Position numbers and translations under genes: made by a program
NCBI GenBank assembly: GCA_965207455.1
Contig: CBDBMJ010000001.1
Location: 608,001 to 672,000 of the forward strand
DNA length: 64,000 bases
Direction of reading: 5' to 3'
From: Bdellovibrionota bacterium
GTDB taxonomy: Bacteria > Bdellovibrionota > UBA1018 > CAIPTA01 > JAALKR01
The notes under the pieces: model-generated
Told to the model about the DNA's origin: nothing
Seen by the model: the letters and a program-made list of their open reading frames with translations, nothing else
Database searches by the model: none
Shown: in pieces, positions 49,229-59,056 of the stretch
How positions within the stretch are numbered: position 1 is the first letter of the stretch
Layout: every line of letters begins with the position of its first letter

Positions 49229-50790
49229 CTAAGAGCGGATATGTTTGGCGTATTGCAGGGGTGTTAGAGGAGTTTCACCATTGAGAACTTTTTTAACGGC
49301 CATCGAGATATAGTTTCTAGGATCAAGCTCCACTTTTTTACAGCTCTCTATGACAGTGTAGAGTGTGGCTGCTGTTTCTGCTCCTTTTGCTGTTTTGGAT
49401 CCGTAAAAGTTTTTTCTTCCCATAACACAGTGGCGCATGGCTCTCTCTGCCTCATTATTTGTTAGAGGAATTTTTGGATCATTTAGAAATAGCACAAGAT
49501 TACTCCAATGTTTAAGGACATAGTTAATGGCTTTTTGTAACTCGCTCTCTCCTCGTGTTTTAGGGGCTAGTTCATACAGCAAGTCTCTAAGCTGGTTTAT
49601 TATTTTCTTTGATTTGCTCTGCCTTAACTCTAACAGATGGGTGTAGTGTTGCGCTTTTGTTTCCACAACAAAAAGTTCAGAAAGTAAATCTAAGACTTGA
49701 TTGCATTCCTCGGGGTAGTTTTTCTCTATATCGGTAAATTTCCTTCTTGCGTGAGCCCAACAGTGCGCAAGTGTTACGCCTTTTATATATTTAAAGTGGG
49801 CGTTGTAGCCTGGGTATGCATCTGTTAGCACAGGCCCTCGATAGGAGCCTAAGAGCTCTTTGGCAATAGCCCCCGATCTCGTTGAAGCAAATTTATAATA
49901 ACTTCCTCCTTGATTGCTCACAGTCCACATATACCCATTTTTTTCTGTAGAGTTATTGATTGGCCAAGGAGTCTCATCCATGTGCAATATGAGTCCGCAT
50001 TCCCCAATCTCTTGTTGAATTCTCTGTGCCACATCTTCTAGGTGGCTTTTTACAAAAAAGGAAAGGGAATAAAGAGTCTTTACGCCTATACTTAAACCGT
50101 TCGAGGCGATCATACGCCTAATTCTTTCTAAGGGAAGATGATAGAGATATTTTTGCGCTACAACATCTACAGCAAAATCAGGAGAGTATTTAGAACCAGG
50201 GACTATTCTTTTAGGACCAGATGCTGTAACGATAATTTCTTTTTCAGTACCCTTGCTAGCTATAAGACGATATTTAGAAAGATATTGCCTTTTTCTTATA
50301 AAACTTTTAACTCTTATCCCCACTTCGTTTGATTCATCAAAAATCTTTAGAGACTCCCACTTCGCATCTTTAGGGTAGCCATATTCTTTTGCTATTTTAG
50401 CAAGCTCTTCCTTTGTTAGCCTGTGATCAACCCGAACTTCTTCCAATCTATCCATTTCTTCTGACTTAGGAGGAGGAGCTAGGCTTTCGGATTGGAGCGA
50501 GAGTTGCCTATCCACATCTCTCTGCCTAGAAGAAGGACGCTTTTCACTACTTTTTCCAAATTTTTTTTATTCAATTTATCATAAGTTTCTTTGAAGTTCG
50601 TAAGGTCTTTATCTAATTTAAGCTTTTGCTGATCTTCCTCTGCTTTCTTTTTCATTATAGCAGTGTTCTCGGACCGCAATCTTTTATTCTCTTTATCTAG
50701 CGATAAACTAGCGTTCCAACAAATTCGAAAATATCCTTTTAACAGTTCGGGGTTTGTTTCATTTTCAACTATCCTAGGAAGATTCTCCAT
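49229..50790 (-). pseudogene. tnpC: IS66 DDE transposase TnpC, split at an A8 run
   Basis: HMDETP, TDAYPGY, HCWAHARRKF and NNEAERAMR motifs; the N-terminal coiled coil is in another frame, and one extra A at ~50561-50568 restores KKFGKSSEK. Confidence 0.85.
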
Positions 50791-50846
50791 ACATGTATAT
50801 GATAAAATAATTTTTACTTTTTATAAAGGATAAAATGAAAATAATT

Positions 50847-51191
50847 TTATTTTTTTCTAAGAATTTTCTTATCTGGAAAATACTTTCTTAGAACAGATCC
50901 ATGTACTAAAAACTTTAATTCCTGCCTTGTTATTTTGTGGGAAATTAAATCAGATACCAGCATGAAATTTTTTTTCTCTAATCTCTTAGACATTAAAATC
51001 AGACCACTGCCGTCAAAAGTAAGCGCTTTTAATCTTTTCCTATTAAAGCCAAGAAATAAAAATAAATCCCCATAGTTTATATCTTTGCCCATTCTCTCCC
51101 GAATAATATAGGACAACCTCTCAAAGCCCCACCTCATGTCAATCTCTTTTGAATAAATAAAAATTTCAGCTTTAGTACTCCAAAAAATCAT
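50847..51191 (-). CDS. tnpB: IS66 accessory protein TnpB
   Basis: IDMRWGFERL, DLFLF and FDGSGLILMSKRLE motifs. Confidence 0.92.
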   Translation of the reverse strand: MIFWSTKAEIFIYSKEIDMRWGFERLSYIIRERMGKDINYGDLFLFLGFNRKRLKALTFDGSGLILMSKRLEKKNFMLVSDLISHKITRQELKFLVHGSVLRKYFPDKKILRKK

Positions 51192-51535
51192 ATAAGCCCC
51201 CCATCTAGCAATCGAGACAAGTCCTCAAAGCTCAAATCGTCCACCTCATAGCCCTTGGGACTCCTTAGGGTATAAAAACCTCTATCTTCAGAGTCAATTT
51301 TTACTTTTTTAAAATGAGGTTTCTCTTTCTTTTCTAAAGCACATATCCACGAGTGCAAGGTTGGCCTGGGTAGTTTCATCTTTCTAGAAAAGTTTTGAAT
51401 GCTGAGGCCGCTTTCTTTAAATAGAACAAGGAGTTCCTCCTTTAGTTCTTTGGGGCAATGGATACCCTTGCTGTTTTTTGAACGTGTCAAATGAGAACTA
51501 ATCTTGGTCTCTAATTCTTGAATTCCTTCTTCCAT
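51188..51535 (-). CDS. tnpA: IS66 TnpA-like HTH protein
   Basis: SGLSIQNFSRKMKLPRPTLHSW HTH; ATGA overlap with tnpB. Confidence 0.8.
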   Translation of the reverse strand: MEEGIQELETKISSHLTRSKNSKGIHCPKELKEELLVLFKESGLSIQNFSRKMKLPRPTLHSWICALEKKEKPHFKKVKIDSEDRGFYTLRSPKGYEVDDLSFEDLSRLLDGGLI

Positions 51536-51573
51536 ATTACCTCCTTAATAATAAGGAGATGGTTTCAGAAATA

Positions 51574-52713
51574 GGGGTTGTTGCGTAATATTTTGTAAGG
51601 ATTGATTTTGAGGTATAGGGAGCCTATCCACATATCTTTTAGGTAATAGTAGAGGAATGGGGCATTCCTAAATGAGTCATCCGATTGAGAATGAAGACCT
51701 TAGTTCTTGCTTCAGTGAGCTGATTTTCAAATTTTCTGCTAGAGAGCGTATTCCCTAGTATTTTTTTGAAGCGATACATGCAAGTTTCTACATTTGATCG
51801 CTTGTGATGATCTGTTTGTTTTTTCCACGCTCGCCTTCCTCCATAACTCCAAATCTCTTCAACTAATTTATCCCTTAAACTAAGACCTGGGTCTCCTCTG
51901 ACCTGAGACTTTGATGTACCTGTCCTGAGAGCTATGCTGGCCTTTGCTCCAGTTTCTGCGATAGCAGTAAAGCAATTTCTAGAGACATAGGCGCCATCAG
52001 CATATACTCTGCCTATATTTTTTAAACCTTTTAGTAATGGCTTCATCATTTGATCGTCGTGGACAGTGGCTTTTGTCAGTTCCATGCTCACGATTTGATG
52101 GCTATCGGGGTCTACTGCCAAGTGTAGTTTTCTCCAAGTCCTTCGCTTCCCTTTACCATGAGTTCGCATCTTCCACTCACCCTCTCCAAAGATTTTTATT
52201 CCGGTAGAGTCTACGGCGATATCAGTAATTCCTTGGGTCTTTGCTTTATAGGAAATATTTACTTTTAAATCTTTTGAACGTCGAGAAAATGAACTATAGT
52301 TTGGAATTTTTAATGCTCCTATTTTAATGAGCTTAAACATCGAACACATAAACCCTTGGGTTGCACGCAAGGGTAAATGAAATAGGCTACGAAAGATAAG
52401 TCCTAGCTCTATACAGCGATCACTATATATGAATGGACGACCTCGCTGGGGGTTGGGATTTCTAGGAGCATACCAATTTTTTATCATATCGTCATCGAGC
52501 CATAAATTTATATCTCCACGCTTTATCAATGCTCGGTTATATTCTGACCAATTGATGTTTTTCTTCGTTCTTTTACTCATAGTTGGCCTCCTTGCCTTCT
52601 TTCAATTTAAGTATATTTTTGCTGAAGGTATATAGTTAGGCGCGTCAGAAGGCCCCAGAGGGCACTAGAGGTCTCTCACAGACTCAATTTGGAGCTATTT
52701 ATGCAACAACACC
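51574..52713 (-). mobile_element. IS5-family (IS903 group) element, 1140 bp
   Basis: IRs GGGGTTGTTGCGTAA / GGTGTTGTTGCATAA; 9-bp TSD TCAGAAATA (51565-51573 / 52714-52722). Confidence 0.92.
51639..52580 (-). CDS. IS5/IS903-type transposase
   Basis: NWSEYNRALIKRG, VDSTGIK..GEGEW, WRKLHL, ADGAY and RSNVETCMYRFK motifs. Confidence 0.95.
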   Translation of the reverse strand: MSKRTKKNINWSEYNRALIKRGDINLWLDDDMIKNWYAPRNPNPQRGRPFIYSDRCIELGLIFRSLFHLPLRATQGFMCSMFKLIKIGALKIPNYSSFSRRSKDLKVNISYKAKTQGITDIAVDSTGIKIFGEGEWKMRTHGKGKRRTWRKLHLAVDPDSHQIVSMELTKATVHDDQMMKPLLKGLKNIGRVYADGAYVSRNCFTAIAETGAKASIALRTGTSKSQVRGDPGLSLRDKLVEEIWSYGGRRAWKKQTDHHKRSNVETCMYRFKKILGNTLSSRKFENQLTEARTKVFILNRMTHLGMPHSSTIT

Positions 52714-52785
52714 TCAGAAATAATTAGGAAAAGATAGGGCGGTCAAAAGACTAAGTTACGGCAAAACTATGTAGGGGCAAAACTA

Positions 52786-52814
52786 TTGACGTGGTGATTT
52801 ATTTGTTTTATAAG
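52786..52814 (+). promoter_or_regulatory. Sigma70-type promoter TTGACG-N17-TATAAG
   Basis: Consensus match upstream of the 52868 ORF, just outside the IS66 end. Confidence 0.55.
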
Positions 52815-52867
52815 AGAAACCAATAAGCAATAACGCTTAACATAAAAACTGAAAGGAAGAATAAAGA

Positions 52868-53182
52868 ATGACAAATATAAAAATAAAAAAACAATACGCT
52901 ACTCTAGCCCTCTGTCTAGCTGTGGGCTTTTTATCAACAACTGCCGAGGCTAATACGGAGTGCTTGGAGGAGTTTCTTAAATGCGATGTTTCATGTCAAC
53001 GGTCATGTGAATCATACACGATGACTTCTGATTTGGCTAGATACTGCAAGAGAATAGGTTCCAAACCTAGTGTTACTGAATATTGTAAAGATCCTTGGAA
53101 TAATAGTCCAGAATCGGCTTGGTATCCTCAGGATCTTAATGAACAAGAAGAGTGCTTAGCAGGCGGCAACGCAGAGCAGTGA
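52868..53182 (+). CDS. Small secreted Cys-rich protein
   Basis: Signal peptide (TAEA|N), 7 Cys in the mature part including C-x6-C-x3-C-x3-C; AAGGA RBS. Confidence 0.75.
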   Translation: MTNIKIKKQYATLALCLAVGFLSTTAEANTECLEEFLKCDVSCQRSCESYTMTSDLARYCKRIGSKPSVTEYCKDPWNNSPESAWYPQDLNEQEECLAGGNAEQ

Positions 53183-53231
53183 TGCGAAAAAATATGAACA
53201 CAAAGTAGTTTACAGAGCCAGCCTATGAAAC

Positions 53232-53273
53232 AAAAAATCCTCTGTCTGTTATATATAGACAGAGGATTTTTTT
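53232..53273. terminator. Bidirectional rho-independent terminator
   Basis: AAAAAATCCTCTGTCT-gttatatat-AGACAGAGGATTTTTTT between convergent genes. Confidence 0.85.
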
Positions 53274-53292
53274 ATTTACTACCATATTGATC

Positions 53293-53883
53293 TTAGTATT
53301 CTTCTCTAACTTTCTTAAAGTAATAGCAGTAGGAATAGATCGTACCATCTGGAGAACTCATCTTCGACAGAAGATATTCTCTATCTGATTCTAGTCCTAT
53401 TGATCCCTTTCTTACGTTATATATAGTGCGAGGACCGGCATTAACTATAAGACTTCCATCTTCCTGCATTGACGGCTTTGCCTCACGTATTACGGCATTG
53501 TTTATATGGTTTATTAGCAAATTACTTGCACTATCAATATTGTCAAAATAATTTGGATCGCCTCCTTCATTCACAAGGAGCGTATATTTATGCTGTGGGT
53601 CGAACCCAGGACCAATCAGAGCGTTGCCGATAAATCCAGCGATCAATACGTTCCTTGCAACGTTTGGTGTACTTTGATAAAAGCATCGTCCACTTGTCCA
53701 ACCAAGAATATCAATCTCCTGTGCTGTTTCTGCATTGTTGAACTTCTCTTCCAGTCGGTCGAAGTAAGAGCCATTCCCCATCCCATTGGCCAGTGGTTCG
53801 TTATTTTGTACATTGGCCATTGCTGATACAGAAAATGCACATAAAAATATCAGTACATAGTGTTTTATATTATTTTTCATCAT
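53293..53883 (-). CDS. Secreted hypothetical protein
   Basis: AAGGAG RBS, signal peptide (SAMA|N), GWTSGRC and YCYY motifs. Confidence 0.75.
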   Translation of the reverse strand: MMKNNIKHYVLIFLCAFSVSAMANVQNNEPLANGMGNGSYFDRLEEKFNNAETAQEIDILGWTSGRCFYQSTPNVARNVLIAGFIGNALIGPGFDPQHKYTLLVNEGGDPNYFDNIDSASNLLINHINNAVIREAKPSMQEDGSLIVNAGPRTIYNVRKGSIGLESDREYLLSKMSSPDGTIYSYCYYFKKVREEY

Positions 53884-54388
53884 TTTTTATTCTCCTTTAT
53901 TTTAGTTTCGTTCATTTTGTTTAGCTTTTACAGAAGCAAAAACTATTAAAAGGCTATAAGATGCAAATATGCCTGTCAATAGTATTTTTAACAATTTTAT
54001 CGACGCATTTTGCAATTTTATTTAACGTAAAGTATTCTTTCATTTTTTATGCGATGCTTTTGGCACGACTAATAAAAAATATTTTAATGCACTTATTAGC
54101 TTGGAATTTGCCATCATCCTTTTGAAGAAAAAATAATTAATTTTTGCATTGAGTTGAATATGCTTTCCTGATAAAAGTCTGAAATGTACGAGTTCGAATA
54201 TTTCCTGTTTTGAGGGGAGTTCTTGGATTAGGCAGGAGCTTTAGGCTTTCATAAGGAGAACCCTAAACTATGCATATAAACAACAGTTGTGGAGTGCAAG
54301 CGAGCACCCCTTTCACAATTCCTATACCGATAGGTTCAATATTCCACAAATCACTATCTAGTCAATGAGGGGTTTGGTTCACAAGTAA

Positions 54389-54685
54389 TTAAAGAAACTG
54401 CTTACAGTTGGCCCTACTACTATTACAACCTAGAAAATTGGTTCTTGTGAAATTTTCGGTTCTTCCTGAAATTTTCTCTTCACAGGTTTCTTTGATGTCT
54501 TCATAGCAAGCATAAATTCCCTTAGGATTAGATCCACAACGAGAGTAATCATATTCTCCACGTTTATCAGTTTTTGTGCTACAATGCCAATCCTCATCAG
54601 CTTCATCACATTTATTATGGGCAAAAGCTGATACTCCCCCACCTGTCAACATCAAAATACATATAGTTATTCTTAAGTAGTTCAT
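54389..54685 (-). CDS. Small secreted Cys-rich protein (paralog B)
   Basis: Shares MNYLRITICIL, YDYxRCGxNP and YACYEDxKETC with 48322-48600. Confidence 0.8.
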   Translation of the reverse strand: MNYLRITICILMLTGGGVSAFAHNKCDEADEDWHCSTKTDKRGEYDYSRCGSNPKGIYACYEDIKETCEEKISGRTENFTRTNFLGCNSSRANCKQFL

Positions 54686-54759
54686 ATAATATCCTCCTAT
54701 TAGTTGTTGTTATAAAAACAGTATATCACATTAATAAATTGAGGCAACTTTTTTATACG

Positions 54760-54819
54760 AATTATAGCAAATCATAAATGCGTCAAAATATTCTTTTCCG
54801 ATTATGTAAAAAATATAGT
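54760..54819. repeat. 60-bp exact duplicate of 48673-48732 (upstream of both paralogs)
   Basis: aattatagcaaatcataaatgcgtcaaaatattcttttccgattatgtaaaaaatatagt is identical at both sites. Confidence 0.9.
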
Positions 54820-54876
54820 TCAAAAAATAGTTACTTTTTGCTTCTATAAGAGAGCTGAAAAAAATAAAAACTAAAG

Positions 54877-55803
54877 CTAAGCCATTTTATGAGCTTGGGC
54901 AATTCGTTCTTCCCTGCGAGCCATAAATAAAAATACGGGGCTTGCTATAAAAATAGAGGAGTAGGTTCCCACAATAACTCCAATAAATAGGGCTTCCGCA
55001 AAGTCTCGAATAATACCGCCGGCAAATATCCATAGAGCGCTAACAGAGAGTAGGGTGGTTAGGCTGGTAATAATTGTTCGGCTTAGGGTGCGATTTAAGC
55101 CTTCATTGATATTTACTTCCAGGTCTTGTTTCGGGTTGGCTTTTATGGTTTCTCGAATGCGGTCGTAGACGATAATGGTGTCGTTGATGGAGTATCCGAT
55201 AATGGTAAGTACGGCAGCTACAATTTGCAGGGAGAATTCCTGTTGTGTCACTAAAAACACACCCATGATTAAAATAGAATCGTGGGCTAGGGCAATGATA
55301 GCTCCAGGGGAATAGCGAAAGTCGAAGCGAATAATAATATAGATGAGTATGCCGATAATGGCGTATATGGCAGCCCAGAGGCTAGCAGTACGAAGCGCCT
55401 TTCCTGCACGGGGGCCTACCACGTCCACCTTTCGAATGGTAAACATTCCTGCACCTACGCTTTTTGTGAAAACAGTTTCTATTTGGGTGGAGATTTTTTG
55501 AAGGTTATCGGCGTTACCGTCCAGTTTTAATTGAAATTCATTTTCTCCAGCGTTGCCGATACTTTGGAGGATGGAAAATCGGATATTGCCATCGTTGAGC
55601 CATTTACGAACGTCTCTTGTTTGAGTGGGTTCTTTGAATTGAAATTGAACTACAGCACCGCCGGAAAAGTCGATACCGAAGTTAAGATTTTTTGTGAATA
55701 ACAAAAGGAAGGTAATGAGAATAAGTCCACAGGAGACTGCAAGCCAGGTGCTTCTTTGTCCCATAAAATCAATATTGGTGTTTGTGGGTATAATTTCTAG
55801 CAT
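54877..55803 (-). CDS. secF: Protein translocase subunit SecF
   Basis: FGIDFSGG, GYSINDTIIVYDRIRE and GTYSS motifs. Confidence 0.97.
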   Translation of the reverse strand: MLEIIPTNTNIDFMGQRSTWLAVSCGLILITFLLLFTKNLNFGIDFSGGAVVQFQFKEPTQTRDVRKWLNDGNIRFSILQSIGNAGENEFQLKLDGNADNLQKISTQIETVFTKSVGAGMFTIRKVDVVGPRAGKALRTASLWAAIYAIIGILIYIIIRFDFRYSPGAIIALAHDSILIMGVFLVTQQEFSLQIVAAVLTIIGYSINDTIIVYDRIRETIKANPKQDLEVNINEGLNRTLSRTIITSLTTLLSVSALWIFAGGIIRDFAEALFIGVIVGTYSSIFIASPVFLFMARREERIAQAHKMA

Positions 55804-55817
55804 AATTTTATCCTTCT

Positions 55818-57551
55818 TTAAATACTAATCATGGCTTCATTTTTTCTAGATGGGCGCATAATCCAAAGGTCAAACAACATGCGGGTTACAAAAACAGCGG
55901 TAAATAGTGAAGTGATAATTCCAATGAGTAGGGTTACGGCAAATCCTCGAATGGGTCCAGTGCCGAATTCCATGAGTACTAATGCGGCCACTGCGGTGGT
56001 AATATTTGCGTCTAGGATGGTTGCCCATGCGTAGGAGAATCCTTGTTCTAGAGCGGATACGGCAGATTTACCCATGCGTAGTTCTTCTCGAATACGTTCG
56101 TATATAATTACGTTAGCGTCCACGGACATACCAATGGTAAGGGCGATGCCGGCGATACCGGGGAGGGTGAGGGTGGCGCCTAGGCCCACTAGAATAGCAA
56201 AGATAAATAGGGAGTTTAGGAGTAGGGCCACAACGGAAATACAACCAGCAAACTTATAGTATATGATCATAAAAAGAAAGATGAGGGCAAAGGCAATGAG
56301 GCTTGCTTTTCGTCCTGAAGCGATGGAGTCTGCACCAAGGCTGGGACCCACCACCCTTTGTTCTTGGAATTCTAATTTTGCGGGCAGGGCTCCTGCACGG
56401 AGAATAATGGCAATATCGCTGGCTTCTTTGAGGATGTCCTGATAATTTCCTCGACCCATGCTGATACGAGCACTACCCTGGGAAATTCTTTCTTGGAGTA
56501 CGGGAGCGGTATAGACCACACCGTCGAGCACAATGGCTAGGCGTTTACCCACATTGTCTCCAGTGAGTTTGTCGAATTTAGCTGTGCCCCTATAGTTAAA
56601 GTTTAGGGAAACGATGGGAAATCTGTCCTGTTGGTCGATGGAGGCAAAGGCGTCTTGGAGGTCCTGTCCCGTTACGTCCACTTTCTTTTTTAGGAGATAG
56701 GGTAGTTTGCCGGTTTCTTTTCCCGTAACAGGGTCTTTTATACGACCAAAGGCAATTTCCGTATCTTTGGGTATTTCCTTGCCCACAAATTTATTGATAT
56801 TGCTCACATAGGTACTGAGATCTAATTTTTTAGGAAAGGAATCTTTATTTTCTTTTTCTATTTTCACCACTAGCGCAGCAAGTTTGGCTGGGGTAATGCT
56901 TTCATCGTCTACGATTTGAAATTCTAGTTTGGCCACTTTACCAATGATGGATTTTGCTCGGTCCACATCTTTCACGCCAGGCAGTTCAATAAGGATTTTA
57001 TCTGATCCATGGGAGGTAATGACAGGTTCTTTTACGCCGAACTTATCCGTACGGTTACGGATCACCTCAATGGCCTGTTCTATGGTTTTCGTGCGAATAA
57101 AGGTTAGTTGGGAGTTACTAAGGGCTAGTACAAAACGGGCTCCCTCTTGGAGAACAATTTTATAGGTGGTGCCGTAGATTTCTTTAAGAGAAATACGGAA
57201 ATTTTCTGCATTTTTTGGGTCTTCAAGGATTATTTCCATTTGGGGGTCTAGGGGAGGGGAGTTCTTTATAAATTCAAAGCCTTTGATTTTGAAAGTGCCA
57301 TCCTCATTGTTCTTGAATTCTTTGATCATGGTTTCCGTGGTGCGGGTAAGGTTTTCCTTAAAAACTTCGGGAAACTGGGCTCCCATAATCATATAGAGGC
57401 CGCCTTGTAGGTCCAAGCCCAGGTTGATTCTATTTTTGATAGGGAAATTTTCCAGGTCGATCTGGGGAAACAGGGTGGGTATGACCTGGAGGACAGCTAT
57501 TGTTGTGAGACCAAGAAAAAGTATGAATTTATACCACCAAGATTTTCGCAT
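55818..57551 (-). CDS. secD: Protein translocase subunit SecD
   Basis: NLGLDLQGG, VGPSLG and VDANVIIYERIREE motifs. Confidence 0.97.
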   Translation of the reverse strand: MRKSWWYKFILFLGLTTIAVLQVIPTLFPQIDLENFPIKNRINLGLDLQGGLYMIMGAQFPEVFKENLTRTTETMIKEFKNNEDGTFKIKGFEFIKNSPPLDPQMEIILEDPKNAENFRISLKEIYGTTYKIVLQEGARFVLALSNSQLTFIRTKTIEQAIEVIRNRTDKFGVKEPVITSHGSDKILIELPGVKDVDRAKSIIGKVAKLEFQIVDDESITPAKLAALVVKIEKENKDSFPKKLDLSTYVSNINKFVGKEIPKDTEIAFGRIKDPVTGKETGKLPYLLKKKVDVTGQDLQDAFASIDQQDRFPIVSLNFNYRGTAKFDKLTGDNVGKRLAIVLDGVVYTAPVLQERISQGSARISMGRGNYQDILKEASDIAIILRAGALPAKLEFQEQRVVGPSLGADSIASGRKASLIAFALIFLFMIIYYKFAGCISVVALLLNSLFIFAILVGLGATLTLPGIAGIALTIGMSVDANVIIYERIREELRMGKSAVSALEQGFSYAWATILDANITTAVAALVLMEFGTGPIRGFAVTLLIGIITSLFTAVFVTRMLFDLWIMRPSRKNEAMISI

Positions 57552-57576
57552 AATTTATTTTCTTTCCGTTCTTTGG

Positions 57577-57894
57577 TTATTTGCCATTTTTAATAATGCT
57601 TGCAACCTGAGATTTGAGTACTTTAATACGGACATTATCTGCTATCTCCACAGTTATCACTTTATCTGTCACTCCTGTTATCTTACCAAAGATTCCAGCT
57701 TGTGTTACAACTTCTTCACCTTTTTGTAGTCCATCTTGCATTTTTTTCTGTTCCTGCACTTTTTTCTGCTGGGGGCGGATGAGTAGAAAGTAAAAAACCA
57801 CGAACATAAGAATAAAGGGCAGGAATGCCATAATTCCTGGGGCTTGGGGTGGGGCGATGGGGTTGTCTGCGGCAAAAGCTATGGTAAAAATCAT
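57577..57894 (-). CDS. yajC: Preprotein translocase subunit YajC
   Basis: FYFLLIRPQQK and GEEVVTQAGIFG motifs; operon position. Confidence 0.95.
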   Translation of the reverse strand: MIFTIAFAADNPIAPPQAPGIMAFLPFILMFVVFYFLLIRPQQKKVQEQKKMQDGLQKGEEVVTQAGIFGKITGVTDKVITVEIADNVRIKVLKSQVASIIKNGK

Positions 57895-57911
57895 GGTGTC
57901 CTCGTTATTGG

Positions 57912-59054
<1,143 letters not shown>

Positions 59055-59056
59055 TT

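Larger units (their letters stand above)
49199..52759 (-). mobile_element. IS66-family element (with nested IS5-family element)
   Basis: Perfect 24-bp IRs GTAACTTAGTCTTTTGACCGCCCT (49199-49222 / 52736-52759); 8-bp TSD GGCAAAAC (49191-49198 / 52760-52767); tnpA-tnpB-tnpC. Confidence 0.95.

Noticed and set aside
48322..54685. RiPP cluster (ranthipeptide/lanthipeptide) for the Cys-rich peptides
   Set aside because: The peptides have Sec signals and no adjacent maturase; the only radical SAM gene is a distant housekeeping TIGR01212 type.
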